Below the pieces are notes generated by a model. That model saw only the letters and a list, made by a program, of their open reading frames with translations, did no database searches and had not been told where the DNA came from. Positions 1-15,026 of a stretch of DNA of 64,000 nt are shown here, piece after piece (the first letter of the stretch is position 1; every line of letters starts with the position of its first letter). The stretch covers positions 31,062,001 to 31,126,000 of the forward strand of contig CM022672.1 in assembly GCA_012295275.1 (NCBI GenBank). The letters are read 5' to 3'. Position numbers and translations under genes: made by a program. Source of the stretch: Chrysomallon squamiferum. Taxonomy: Eukaryota > Animalia > Mollusca.

Positions 1-564
1 TAAACAGTTTAAAATGTTTTAGTAAACAACAAACATTTTAGTAAACAGTTTACAGTGTTTGTAAAAGAAGGGTTTTATCATGTTTACCACTACTCAGTGA
101 AAATTAAAAACTCAGTAATTATAAAATTTTAAAATTAAATTCTTTTGGTGAATTTTTTTAAAAATAAATTTATTAGGTTTTTTTTCCATGTGTGACAAGT
201 TTTTGGATGACCAAATATTTAAAACAGTATTCATCTCAGGTTGTTCTTTACTTTCACTTTCAGTTGTTTTGTTGTTGTTTACATTGTTTTTTATTATTAT
301 TGTTGTTGTTGTTGTTGTTGTTGTTGTTATTTGTTGTTATTAAAACTATTATTGGGTTATTTTTATTTTTTTGATACTGTTCTGTGTTAACTTTATTTAT
401 TATTTTTGTTATTATTGTTATTATTATTACTGTTGTCAAACTGAAAATACATTATTATTATTATTATTATTGTTATGGTTATTGTTACTTTTATTTTTTG
501 GAGGTGGTGGTGGTTTTTTTTTTGCTGTACGTAACACTTTAATTTTTGTGTTTTGAATAAAAAA

Positions 565-759
565 TATCTATCTATCTATCTATCTATCTCTCTATCTATC
601 TCTCTATCTATATATCTATCTCACTATATATCTATCTGTCTGTGTCATATTGTCCGAAATCATTATCTATCTATCTATCTATCTATCTATATATCTATCT
701 CTCTATCTATCTCTCTATCTATATATCTATCTCACTATATATCTATCTGTCTGTCTACA

Positions 760-812
<53 letters not shown>

Positions 813-815
813 CTA
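565..815. repeat. (TATC)n microsatellite
   Basis: Directly visible. Confidence 0.95.
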
Positions 816-879
816 TGTAACCATTTTGAGTCTGTGTGTCTGCAGCCTTTGTTAACTTTATTAATTGATTTTCCAGTCA

Positions 880-1650
880 CTGACAGAAAACACTTTAATT
901 ACTATCACTGGACACAACAGAACTGTACGTAACACTTTAATTATTGTCACTTTGTCCGAAATACATTCCACTGGACACAACAGAACTGTACGTAACACTT
1001 TAATTACTATCACTGGACACAACAGAACTGTACGTAACACTTTAATTACTGTCACTTTGTCCAAAATACATTCCACTGGACACAACAGAACTGTACGTAA
1101 CACTTTAATTACTGTCACTCGAACTGAATTCCACTAGACACAACAGTTCGTAACACTTTAATTAATCACTAGACATTCCACTGGACACAACAGAACTGTA
1201 ACTTTAGTAACACTTTAATTACTGTCACTTTGTCCGAAATACATTCCACTGGACACAACAGAACAGTACGTAACACTTTAATTACTGTCACTTTGTCCGA
1301 AATACATTCACTGGACACAACAGAACTGTACGTAACATTTTAATTACTGTCACTGGACACAACAGAACTGTATGTAACATTTTAATTACTGTCAGTTCTC
1401 ACTTCATTCTCTTACATCAGTGAGACTGGGCATTTGAGAAAGACAGTTCCATTTATGAAGTATGGAAACATTAAAATCTTTGTGAAATAATTTGTCATAC
1501 TTCTCAAATTGTAGTACATTATAATAATTGAATTTAAAAATTACAAGGGTACAGAAAAAGAAAGTATGTTACTAAAACTTTGTGTGACATAATTTACTAC
1601 TTCTCTTCTCACTGGACACAACAGAACTGTATGTAAAATTTTAATTGTGT
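880..1650 (+). repeat. Minisatellite (42 and 63 bp units, about 10 copies) built from a Slit exon end plus donor
   Basis: Core ccgaaatacattccactggacacaacagaact|gtacgtaacactttaatt repeated. Confidence 0.9.
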
Positions 1651-1832
1651 ATTAGTAACTGAATTTGAGAAAAAGGACAAGTGTGGAAATTAAAATTGTA
1701 CTTGAAGTGTTGATATATTTAAAACGTTTGTATAAAATAATTTACTACTTCTCTGCTATCGTAGTGTATTAGTGACTGAATTTTTAAAAAAATGTGTGAT
1801 TTGGTTGTGATGATTTTTTTATTTCTGTTTAG

Positions 1833-1901
1833 ATATCTGGACGTGAATGAGATCACTGCGATTCCTCGGGAAATTGGTTTACTCACCAAAATGGAAAGAT
1901 T
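1833..1901 (+). CDS. slit: Slit LRR exon ([23 protein letters not shown])
   Basis: tttag acceptor, gtaaat donor, 69 nt, phase 2-2. Confidence 0.93.
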
Positions 1902-1944
1902 GTAAATATTTTCCTTCTGTTTGTCACTTTTCATAAATTACTGG

Positions 1945-2003
<59 letters not shown>

Positions 2004-5000
2004 CTTTCATTAAAAAAAAAATTAAATCTGAAATTACTGTTTCATATTTGAATATATTAAAATCGTCAAATCTGTGACTGAATACTTTTTAAATGTTAAA
2101 ATATGTTGTTATCTTTTCTTTTGATTATCTAAACTTTTCATTTTTTCCAGAGATCTTAGTCACAACAAGCTGGAAACTCTTCCAAAGTCAATTTTCTCAA
2201 ACCTCACATCACTTTCAACCCTGTAAGTTTTCATCAGTAATACTTTAACTCTCTATATATTTTGGTGACTTGTACATGTATGCAGTTTGTTAAATGATAT
2301 TTATTCAAAATATAAGTAAGCCAAAGGAAGAATATAATAATAAATTCTGCTAGTGCCTGAAATGAGATGACATGCAACATTACATTGATAGAATTGTCTC
2401 CCTTTGCAACAAGCAAACTATGTTAACTGATTTACAGACATATTTGATAGCTGGTATTAAGAAAATGTTGACAAACCTTCATCAAAAATGCTTAGAACTG
2501 GATTTGAGATGTGTTTTGAAGATAGACTGAGAATAGACTCTAAGTCTAAACATGAATTCCATTTATATTTCATTTTACAGATTATAGATATAGACTGCAG
2601 GATTTTTTATATATCATATTTTTTATATTTTTGTAGCTAAAATGAAAGTTTCTGTTTTAAAAAAAAATTCCAGAATCTGTAAGATATCACTAGTTTCTGC
2701 TGCTTGAGAAATGTTTTTTGGATAAAATATTCTCAACCAGTATAAAGTTATTTTATCCTTGAAAATAAAAAAAAAAAAAAAAAAAATGGTTTAACAAGCC
2801 ATATTCGCAAATGATGAATTTATCATCCAGCAACTGGTTAAAAAAAATCATTTTGATTTAAATGACCTTTATTCATGAGATTTAAAATTCTTTTGTTTTT
2901 TTTTTTTTTATTTTTTTGTGTTTTTTCAGTATTTTGAGCTACAACAACTTACAATGCATGGCAGAAAACAGTTTGGCAAGTTTGAAAGATTTACGAATTC
3001 TGTGAGTTTTACTTGTCATTTATTTTGTTAGTTATCACATTATAACTGACATTTTCTTTTTCGATAAAAATATTTCACTGTAAATAAAAAAATATATATA
3101 TAAATAAAATAAAATAAAAAAAGATATGCATATGTTTAATATGAGTATTTTGTCATTTATATGTCAGTTATCATATATAATTTAGATGGTTTTATTTCTT
3201 TAATAAAAGTTTGAAATAGTTAAAAGAAATAAATGAATAAAATAAATGAAAAAGGAATTAAATAAAAGAAAGTAATAAATAAATAAATAAAAATATAATA
3301 AAAAAATATCAAAAAATAAATAAAATAAATAAAATAAAATAAATAAATTAAAATAAATTAATAAAATAAAATAATAAAAAAATAAAATAAAATAAATTAA
3401 AATAAATAAAAAATAAAATAACATTTTCCTCTTCTTTATTTATGTAATGTATTTATTATTATTTATTATGCATATTGATCAGTTGTTAACAGAGTGTTGT
3501 TATTTGCAGATCTCTACATGGCAATGATCTGTCAAGTATTCCTTATGGAGCTTTCAAAGACCTCACAGCCATTACACACATGTAAGTGAACACCAGACTT
3601 TCACTAACACTGACCTGTGTCCATAGTTACTAACAAAAAACAAAAAAAAAACTATTTTTTTTTACAGAAATGGTGAAAATTAATCTCTGGTATTTGATAT
3701 TTATTGTCCATGTGAAGGTTGGTAAGGAATAACTGGTTGATTCTGTGTTAATATATCAGTTTTATTCTGAGAAGGTTAGAATGCCAGATTCGGCAATGCT
3801 CAACCGAGCTGCTGTCACCATTCAGCCTGATCTGAACTTATCATTATTTCTTTTATTACTGCAGTTTTGAACAGCACAAAAACTAAATTAAATTAACTGT
3901 TTCATTTCTCATCTCACTGATCTTGAGATTAACAGATTAACTAATCTATTAACCTTATTGTGCCATTATTTATTGTAATTGATCAATATATATTCATGTG
4001 TAGTGATTAAGTTGAACTTGAACAAAAAGGAAGATGGTGATAGTCACCAATGGTTATTCTGCTCTTGTGGAAATAAAAACATTATTTTGTAAATGTTGTT
4101 TTATCAGTGATAGCAGTGCTTGTTACCATGGATGTAACTTTGTTACATTAGTTTTCAGTAACTGTAGTAAGTTGCCCATTACACTGTGCATATAGCATTT
4201 GCATATGTATATGTGTGTGTGTGTGTATGTGTTTGGGAGGGTTTTGTGTGTGTGTGTGTGTGTGCATTTGTGTGTATGTGTGTCTGTGTTTGGGAGGGTT
4301 TTGTGTATGTGTGTGTGTGCATTTGGAGAGAGTGTGTATGTGTGTCTGTTTGGGAGGGTGTGTGTGTGTGTGTGTGTGTGTTTTGGAGAGAGTGTGTGTG
4401 TGTATGTGTGTCTGTTTTTGTGTGTGTGTGTGTGTGTGTGTATTTGGAGAGAGTGTGTGTATGTGTGTATGTGTTTGGGAGGGTTTTGTGTGTGTGTGTG
4501 TGTGTGTGCATGTGTAAACCATTCCATTATTCTGGCCCTAGCACACTGATGTTCATTACTTTGTCTATCTCTGCAACAGTAGCATAGTTCAGTCCTAGCT
4601 GTTTAAAAACCTTCCTTCCATCACAACCCTTTTAATGTTCTGTGGTGACAGATTAACTCTGTCTAGTAAATTATGACCTAAATGGTTATCCATACTAATT
4701 TGTTCCACAGTCAGTGTGTGAATGTTTGGAAATAAAAGTTTCCATAGTAAATTATGTCCTAAATGGTTATCCATACTAATTTGTTTCACAGTCAGAGTGT
4801 GAATGTTTTGAAATAAAAGTTTTCATAGTAATAAGAGTCTGCAGTAGATTGTTCCTGTTTTGGGATACAAGAATCGCTGTGTATTTAATGCTGTCAGTAA
4901 AAAGACTGTTTTTTTTTTAAATTCACGTATAAATTCTCACCTCTCACTGTAATTAAGATGGTTGTGAATTCTCACCTCTCACTGTAATTAAGATGGTTGT

Positions 5001-7493
5001 CATCACACAGCACAATCGTGAGCTGTCACAACAATGGTAACCTTGGATACTCGAGATCGTTCGTGTAAACAGATATCAGAAATACGAGACGAGTCCAGGC
5101 ACTAAGACAGAAGATGAGATACATTTTAGAGTAACTTTCCCCTCTGCCATCTTGATTATGTCCCTTTGAACCTGAAAACGAAGAAGAAGGTAGTGAAAGT
5201 TATCAAATTTTATTGTGCACCAGTAGACACCAAGAAGAACATAAATGTGTCAGAGATACGCTTGTAAATCTGTGCTAAATGATTGTGTTGTGTTGTAGAA
5301 GTAATATCAGCAGTAAGCATTTCAAAGAGATCATTCTTTTCAAACAGCAGTATGACATTTGTTTGTTGAGATTTGTGTAAACAAAAACAAAAATGTTTGT
5401 AAAAAAAATCCGTTACACAATCCGGTTTGTTTCTTAGTTGCGTGTGACGATGTTTGGTGTTTTTAAGTACACGTGGCTGCCGATGTTGCACATATTTTAT
5501 ACAGAACTGTGACAACTGTTCAGTGCCATCCTGTTTAAACATGGAGGACAAGAAGTGTCAGAGATTTAAATCCAGTTAAAATACATTTACAGTGAAAGTG
5601 TTTCAGATGTTTGATGTGTGTAATAAAAAATGTTGCTTCAGAATGTTTAAAAGTCTCCTGGTTTGGTTATAATTTTAATTTTACAAACTGGTTTTGATGT
5701 CATTGATGCATGAATAGTGGTGTTTATATTTTAATAAATCTGTTTTTATTTTTATTTTTTGTCATTTTAATATGTAAATGATATTATTCTGAGTATATAA
5801 TGTTTATGTTTTAATAAATCCTATGGTTTTATTCCTAAAGATTAATGAGGAATATTTCAATATTAAAAACTGATTTTAGTCCAGTTATTTTTTGATAAAT
5901 GCATTTATATTTTAATGTAAAAACTCTATTCTGAAAATAAATAAACACATTTTATATTTTAATGTAAAAAATCTATTCTGAAAGATTCACAAATAAAGAC
6001 ATTTGTATTTTAATGTAAGAAATCTTTATTATTAATGACTTGTTAACAAAATACATTTGTAATTTAATAATAAAAACATCATTTTGAAAAATTCACAAAT
6101 AAAGACATTCATATTTTAATGTAAAAAAAATCTTTATTAATGACTTGTTTAACAAAATACATTTATAATTTAATATAAAAACTCTATTCTGAAAATAAAT
6201 AAACACATTTATATTTTAATACAAAAATGTTATTTTGAAAAATTCGTTAATTAAAAACTATTTAAATTTAAAAAAAAAAAATTTAAATTTAATTTCAGAG
6301 CTCTGGGTGGCAATCCTCTGTACTGCGACTGCAACCTGAAGTGGCTGTCAGACTACATCAAAGCTGACTACATCGAGCCAGGCATCGCATCGTGCGTGGG
6401 ACCCCCCAAGATGAAAAACAAACTTCTGCTGACCACACCCTCACAGGACTTCGAGTGTCTGGGTCAGTCGACTTCTTCGGTTTCAGTTCAGCGACTCACA
6501 GCAGTATTGTGTGTCACCATTGCACCCTAATTAGAGCTAACTTCTTATCAGATTTCTTACTAAACACGTAATTAATACTGAACAAGTAATTAATACCAAA
6601 AATAATTAATACTAAAAAAGTAATTAAAATAATTACTAAACAAGTAATTAATACTAAACAAGTAATTAATACTAACAGTAATTAGTAAATAAGTAATTAA
6701 TACTAAATAAGTAATTAATACTAAAAGTAATTAGTAAATAAGTAATTAATACTAAATAAGTAAATAATAATAAACAAGTAATTAATACTAAATAAGTAAG
6801 GAATACTAAATAAATAAATAATAATAAACAAGTAAATAATACTAAATAAATAAATAATACTAAATAAGTAATTAATACTAAATAAGTAACTAATTAATGA
6901 GTATTATACATCTTTTTGATGTCCATATAACAATTAAAGCGTTAATTTTAAAATGACTTAAATATGCTTTCACTACTTTATTAACAATTTTGTATTTCAA
7001 TACAGCAGATTTCATATCTTTAATTCCTAATAATAATTTAATATTAATTTAAAATGACTAAATCCAGTTTTACTAAATAAGTACCAAAATTAAAACTGAT
7101 AGAATACTGACTATCTTTTTGAAATCCTGACAATAACTGACATTAACTTAAAATGCCAGAAACATATTTTTACTGCAACAGCATCACAATAAAGATGACA
7201 TACATCTTCTTTTTTTTTTTGAGATTGTAGTTATTAATCTTAAATTCAGTGAATCAGGGTTTTTTAACAGGATTAATAACAGATTAAAGGTGATTAAGTG
7301 CATGCATACCTTTTCAAATTTCTGATTAGCAGAACTTTTAAAACAGTAAATCAGTTGGTAATTTTTTTAAATGATTTACAAATTACTGATGAGAAAGGTT
7401 TAGCAATAAGTTGACCACTGTTTTGTTGTGTGACAGACACACCCTGGTTTAGTCAGAGATGTGCATCACAACAACTTGCTCTGATTAACATGT

Positions 7494-7584
<91 letters not shown>

Positions 7585-9160
7585 TCACTCATTCACTCAC
7601 TCACTCATTAACTCACTCATTCACTCACGCTCTCTCTCACTCACTAACTCACTCTCACTGACTCTCTCTAACTCACTCACTCACTTGCTCACTGACTCAC
7701 TGACTGACTGACTGACTGACTAACTCACTGACTCACTCTCTCACTCACTCATTCTCACTCTCTCTCTCACTCACTCACTGACTCACTCACTGACTCACTG
7801 ACTCACTGTTCTGTTACTCAATTCAGGAGACCCGGATCCTTTCATTGCTGAGAAGTGCAACGTTTGTCTGAAGAATCCGTGCAAGAACGGGGGCCAGTGT
7901 CATCTGGTCGACTTCAAGAACTTCACCTGTGAGTGCTCGCCCGGTTTCCACGGAAACAGGTGCGAGAGCAAAATCGACGCCTGCTTCGGAAATCCTTGCA
8001 ACAACGGGGGTCGGTGCGAAATTGTCGAGTTCGGCAGATTCAGGTGAATTTTTCATTTACTTAATTAAACTGGTTCTCAGTTGTTGTTTTATTATCCTGT
8101 TTATCCTACTAAGTCCTATTTATGATCAATATTGACAAAATATTGTGAGAAAAAAGTAAATTTAATGAATATTCATAAAGCTGATTATAACTTCTAGTAA
8201 TAATAATAAATATATATATATATATATTTTTTAAATCTTTCTTTTTAATAAGTAATTTTATTTTATTACTTCTAGTAATAATAAATATATATATATTTTT
8301 TAATCTTTCTCTTTTATAAATAATTTTATTTTATTACTTCTAGTAATAAATATATATATATTTTTTAAATCTGTCTTTTTAGTAAGTAATTTTATTTTAT
8401 TACTTCTAGTAATATATTATATATATATATATATATATACAGTTTTTTTTTATTTTTTTTTTTTTTTTTTAACTAATAATTTTGTTTTATTAGTAACCAG
8501 CTTATTTAAAACCAAGCCTGAGAGTTGATGTTTAAACTTGTGTCTGTGGTTTAAGAATAAAACAAAATAAATTTTAATGAGTAAACAATTTGTTGGTTTA
8601 AAAACCATGAATAGGTATAAAATTTAACTTTCACAATCACTTTGAAATCATTGTAAAGCAGCAGGATATTTAACATTCATGATTTTTGTTTTTGTATTTT
8701 TTTACCTTTTTATATTCAAATGAAAAATATCAAAATATCTTTTTATTTATATAGAAGATGGTATAAAAAAAACCTCATTCATTTATATTTTATATAAAAG
8801 AAAATCAAAAACACATTTATTCTTATTTATACAGAATATAAAAAACCCATTAATTTTTTTTTATATAGATAATCAAAAACACATTTTTATTTATACAGAA
8901 GAACTTCAAAACCCACCTGATTGTTATTCATCTGTTTTGTTGTTTGTGTTGTAGATGTAAATGTCTGGACGGGTTTGAGGGGGAGAGGTGTGAAACTAAC
9001 ATTGACGACTGCGTCACACACAACTGCGTCAACAACGCGACGTGCGTTGATGAAATTGAGTCTTATTCGTGTCACTGCGCCTCAGGCTACATGGGTTTGT
9101 TTTTGTTTTTGTTTGTTTCTTCATAATTTTACATTGTTAAAATACTCAGTGTTGGGAATT

Positions 9161-9191
<31 letters not shown>

Positions 9192-9834
9192 AAAATACTT
9201 TGTGTTGGGTTTGTATTTGTTGGTGTTTTTTTTTTTTTGTTTTTCTTCATAATTTTTATTGGGTTTGTATTTATTTGTTTATTTTTTAAGAATAGTTTAT
9301 TAACATTCTTACTTTTGGATTTATATTTTATTTCTTGTATTAGTTTTCATACATAGCAGTTAACATATCATTACACATGTATATTTTGGTGTTTTTTTCA
9401 TAGTTTTTTTTATTTATTATTAATACAATTACTTTGACGTTTGTATTTTATTGTTATATTTGTTTTTCTGCATTAGTTTTTAATTTTATTAAAATATTTA
9501 CGTTTGTTGTTTTATTTTTTCTAGATAAAGGGGAATAACTGTTTTAAATGTAGTAAGGGGAATAACTGTTTTAAATGTAGTATCACAGTAAGTAATTCCA
9601 GTATGTATTAATCAGATTCGCTGGCTTGTTTCAGGTAAATGGTGTGAAATGATGATTCCATTCTGTAAAGCTGGGTACAACTACTGCCTTAATGGTGCCA
9701 CTTGCGTTTCCATGACAACAGATTACAGGTAAACAAAATTAACATGCTCTTTTAGAAGAAACAGAAATTTATTCATTAAGACAAACTCTTTGATTATTAA
9801 AAAAGTTTTGTTTGTATCAGTTAAATATCAGCAG

Positions 9835-9904
<70 letters not shown>

Positions 9905-10038
9905 GTTTTGTTTAGATTAGAGCTGTTTATTTTTTAAATATTTTATATGAGATGAAAATATATATATTTTTTTAAAAATTTAATATTTGTTAATGCTTTT
10001 TTTCATTTATTATTTTAAAATTTTATTTTATTATTATG

Positions 10039-10069
<31 letters not shown>

Positions 10070-10175
10070 CTATTATTATTATTATTACTACTACTATTAT
10101 TATTACTATTATTATTACTATTACTATTATTATTATTACTGCTATTATTATTATTACTATTACTACTATTACCAC

Positions 10176-10226
<51 letters not shown>

Positions 10227-13200
10227 TTTTTATTCTTGTTTTTGATGAACCAACTACAGAAAAAACGAACTATTCTTTTCTAAAACATCATCATTAATTA
10301 ATATTGATATATGTATTTATTTTTTAAAAACTTCTAAAACATCATTAATTTTGACAGATATAGATATATATGTAGATATATTTGCTGTTTGTTTGTTGTC
10401 AGGTGTGAGTGTGCTGTAGGCTTCGAGGGGAAGAACTGCTCAGTGAACACGGATGACTGTAAGTTGGGGCTGTGTCAGAACTCTGCTACGTGTGTCGATG
10501 GTCTTGCTTCGTACTCTTGCATGTGCAGCCGCGGCTACACCGGCCGCCACTGCGAGATCGCCCCAGTGCTGTCCATGCACTACGCAGGCTTTGCCACTGG
10601 CGCCTGCAACTACCACAACTGCCAGAACAACGGCGTCTGCTACACGCGGCCTGGTCAAAGCACTGACTATCTGTGTAAATGTGCTCCAGGTATTAATGCT
10701 TCCTTGTGCTGCTTTGTGTACTTAGACTCATCTCTTAACACCTGTCTGTCTGTCTGTGTGTCTGTGTGTGTCTGTGTGTCTGTGTGTGTCTGTGTGTGTG
10801 TGTCTGTGTGTTTGTCTATCTATGTGTCAGTTATTAGCCGTGATGGAACTCTAAAATATTAAAATACATGTAAATGTATATATATATATATACTTTTCAC
10901 CCATATTTTAATATATATATATAGTTTTTAATTAAATAATGTGGGGGGGTTTAAAAATTGGAAAAAAAATTTTTATTAAATATTATCAGGAGAAGAAGAA
11001 GACATTAATTTTGATAATTTCATTTAAAAGTTCAAGGTGAAAGATAATTTCATTTAAATATCAACAGTGGAGATTAAAGCAGTTTAATTTGGTTGTAAGA
11101 CACTAAAATAATAATTTGAAATAAAGTTTCTATTAAAATCAACAGAGGGAATTAAAATTTTTTGTAGATGAAGATAAAATACCACATTTTTGTATTAAAT
11201 AGTTTTAATAATTATTGGTAGTGGACACTAAAACAAAATTTATGGGTGAAGATGGAAAACAATTTTTTAAAAATAATATGTAGTTTCTAGCAGAAATTAA
11301 AATAAAAAGTTTTGAAAATTGAGATGAAAGATGAAAATGCAGATTTTTAAATGTTATTTCAACAAAATGGAATTAAAATAATTGAAAATTTGAAAGGAAA
11401 TATTCTGTGAACGAAAAACAGTTTTCTTAAAAAATATTTTTGAAGATAAGATGTCAGTTTAAAAACAAATATTTATTTACTGATATATTTTATTAAAACA
11501 TAAATATGGGTGGTAAAAATCTTAAATTTGTTTTACAGAATCTCCATCATATTTTAATAATCATTTTCTTTTTTGTGAGATTTAAATAACATCCAACACA
11601 AATCTAGTTTACTCTTAATATTTCACTTTCATATTTTATTGTGGTATTTAAAAAAATCTTCTCTTTAATGTGTATGTTTTATTATTTCTTAAAATATGTT
11701 TTGAAAGGGACAGTATTTAGTTCAAAATTGTTTTACAATTTGTCATTCATTTTGTTTTGATCAGTGTGTCTACTGGTATCATTGATTTTGTTTTTAGATT
11801 AGCAGTGAGGTTTAGTTCACTAGATTTTCTTACTTGTTTGTGAAGATGTGATTTTATTTTCTATTTTTCAAAATCACTTAAAGTGAAAAATGACACAAAA
11901 GTATCTAGTTTTAGTGATATTTCACTTCACAGAAACAATTTAAACCTTCTAAAGATTCTTTTTATTTTGATGAATAAACTCAAAGGTTGGTATGGATTTT
12001 TTTTTTTTTTTAAACTTTTTCATTTTATTTCTTTTGTTTCGAGAATCTTACTTGTTGCTAGCTTTTCTTTTGTTAGACTTTTATTTGTTTTAATCAGAGC
12101 TTCTTGCTGTTAATAATAAATGCAAATGATGACATAACAAGGCACCATTTCAATAACATTTAACATCTTTTTTAAAATGTTTTTTTAATTCTGTGGTGGC
12201 AAATTCTTGTTAGACTAAAAATAGAAGAAGCTGTGTAAAACAAACACCATATTTAAATTACTGTGCACACTGCTTGTATTAATTAAATTAATTAATTAAT
12301 TAAGAATGTCTGGTATTGACAATATGTGTTACAGAAGAATTAGGTGCAACGTGGCAGATCTGCATGAACCACAGAATGACAACAGTTAATGAGAATGAAA
12401 AACAAAAAATTTATTTGCTATTTGTTTAATTTTGCTTCATGCTTCATTTTCATTTAAGTTTTAAAACTTAAAAATATTTGTTCTGTTTATAATGAATTTT
12501 TTAATATTTTATTTCATTAATTTTTTTTTTTTGTCTTATAGTATTATAGTGTGTTACATGGATATGATGAAAATATAAATATTTAAAACTTTAAAATTTA
12601 ATATTCACATATATAATGTGATGATTCCTTCTGCATGGTTTATTCAGTGTTCTAGATTTGCTAAAAAGAAACATTTCTTTTTTATTTACAAATGTTATTG
12701 GAAGAAAGCAAAACAGACAAAAGTAATTTTAATTAAAAAAATATGTATTTATGAATGATGATGAAATAAATAAATAAAATTGGGAAAAAAAAAAAAAAAT
12801 AGAAAAGTAATTAGCAAGTGTGTTTATGAACAATCACAAAAATAATAACCGTAAATTAAATAAATAAAAAGGAGAAAAGAAAGACTAAAAAAAAGTTCAA
12901 GTGATTAATTTAAAAGTTATTAATGTCTTTTTGTTTTTCTTTCAACTGAATACCGTGGTGTCAACAGAATAATGGAAATTTTATCCAAAATGCACAAAAA
13001 AAAAAAAAAAAAAAAAAAAAAAGAGTGAAAAATATTTTATCAAAATATATTTGAATCTAAACTATGAAAAGGAGAACGTTGAAAAATACTAGTTTTTGAA
13101 TATAATTAAAAATAATTATTACAAAGAAAGTTTCTGTTTAAACAGCTCTGTTGATTTATGATTCAGTTTATTGTGTTGATGATTCAGAGAACATAGTATT

Positions 13201-14987
13201 TTGAAATTCAAACATTTCATTGAATATTATGTAGAATTCAAATTAATTTATTTTAAAAGAAAAAGAAATAAGACAAAATACAAACAAAAAGGAACATGGA
13301 TGTAAAAAAACATTTAATTATTTTTTTAAATAAAACTGTTATTTAACCATAATTTCATAATGTTTTTTTTTTTTTTTTTAAACTTTTATTTCCATAAATT
13401 ATTATTTTCAACCAAAATTATTTTAATTTTTTTTCTAAAACCGTTATTTTATTTCCATAAATTATTCGAAAATTTTAATCTTTTTCCTTTTATTTAATCT
13501 CAACCAACCATAAAATTATCAAAAAACAGAGAAGAAACCTGACACTTTTCCGCACTCGTTGTTCTCTTCCAGGTTTCGAAGGCAAGAAATGTGAGAAGCT
13601 GACTAGCGTGTCGCTCAAAGAGAAGGACTCGTACATCCAGCTGAAGCCTCTTGACTTCAGACACCCCGTCAACATCACCATCGTCTTCACCACCGACAGC
13701 AGCCGCGGCATCATCCTCTACTCGGGCACCAACCAGCACGTCGCCGTGGAGGTGTTCCGCGGCCGCGTGCGCGTCAGCTACGACATCGGCAACTACCCGG
13801 GATCAACGATGTTCAGCTACGAGAGGATTGACGACAGCCAGCAGCACTCGCTGGAGATGATCGTCAAGCACAAGACGTTCATGATGACCCTGGACAAGCG
13901 AGGGACGCCGAGGACGGTGGTCAACGAGGGCACCAATGACTACCTCAACATCAGGGAGGACCTGTTCCTGGGAGGGATTCCCCCTGAGGTGAACACGCGA
14001 GCGTTCAAGAAGTGGCACATCCGCGATGGGACCAGTTTTAAAGGTACGCTGGTCGTGGATACGACTCCCGGGTTGTATCATGTGTTGTATCACGTGTTGT
14101 ATCATGTGTGTTTTAGTTATGTCAGATGTCGTATGTATTCAGTATAGCATATATCATGTTATGTCACACACGTTTATGTATGTATGTATATTACAATTAT
14201 TACATTACACACTCATACACACAAACACACACACATATATATCATAAATAACATATCATATATCATGTCATATAACACGTTTTATATATAACAATTATTA
14301 CATTAGGCACACATTATATGTCATATCATATAATAATGTATATTATAATTATATCAGATATATATATTTATATGTCAAACATGTTTATATAGAAAATACA
14401 ATTATTACATTATATATACACACACACACACACACACATACACACATATATAATTCTATTATATTAATTTATTATTACATTTTATATTCTATTAAATTAT
14501 ACTTGATATTTTTCAATTTTTTTTTAATAATGATTAAAGCTTATAAATTCAAGCATGTCTGTGTTGGACAAAAAAACCCAGCTAACTAAATTATACTTTT
14601 TTTAATTCGTTATTAAAATACTGTTAAATTTTCAACTTAACTCATATCAGCACTATTGTTATACTAAACAAAAAAAGAAAAAAGAACTGCCAGCAGAAAT
14701 ACTAATAATTTGACATTTTGTTTCAGTTGTAAGTTTATTTTTTGGCTGTTTTGAATTATGAATTTTATCTAGTTTGTGTGTAATGATGGTGTCCAGAAAA
14801 AATTTAATTGTCTCTGAAAAATGAATCAGGCATTTTGTTTAGCTTCTTGGATGCTGTCTTAAACTATTTTTAATTTAAATTTTGTGAAGCCTTGTTGATT
14901 AATTAATAAGTAATAACAAGAATTATAACAATTGTAACTCTCACATATATATACGTAGATAGATATACACACACACTCACACATACA

Positions 14988-15026
<39 letters not shown>

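Noticed and set aside
4123-4587. His/Thr- and Cys/Val-rich ORFs (also 15543-16089, 45427-45856)
   Set aside because: Dinucleotide microsatellite translations.
7827-14043. Notch/Crumbs/other EGF-LamG protein as the identity of the plus-strand gene
   Set aside because: Upstream LRR4/LRRCT exons and the terminal cystine knot specify Slit.
13490-14105. Antisense ORFs over the Slit LamG exon
   Set aside because: Expected shadow ORFs of a GC3-rich exon; no independent evidence.
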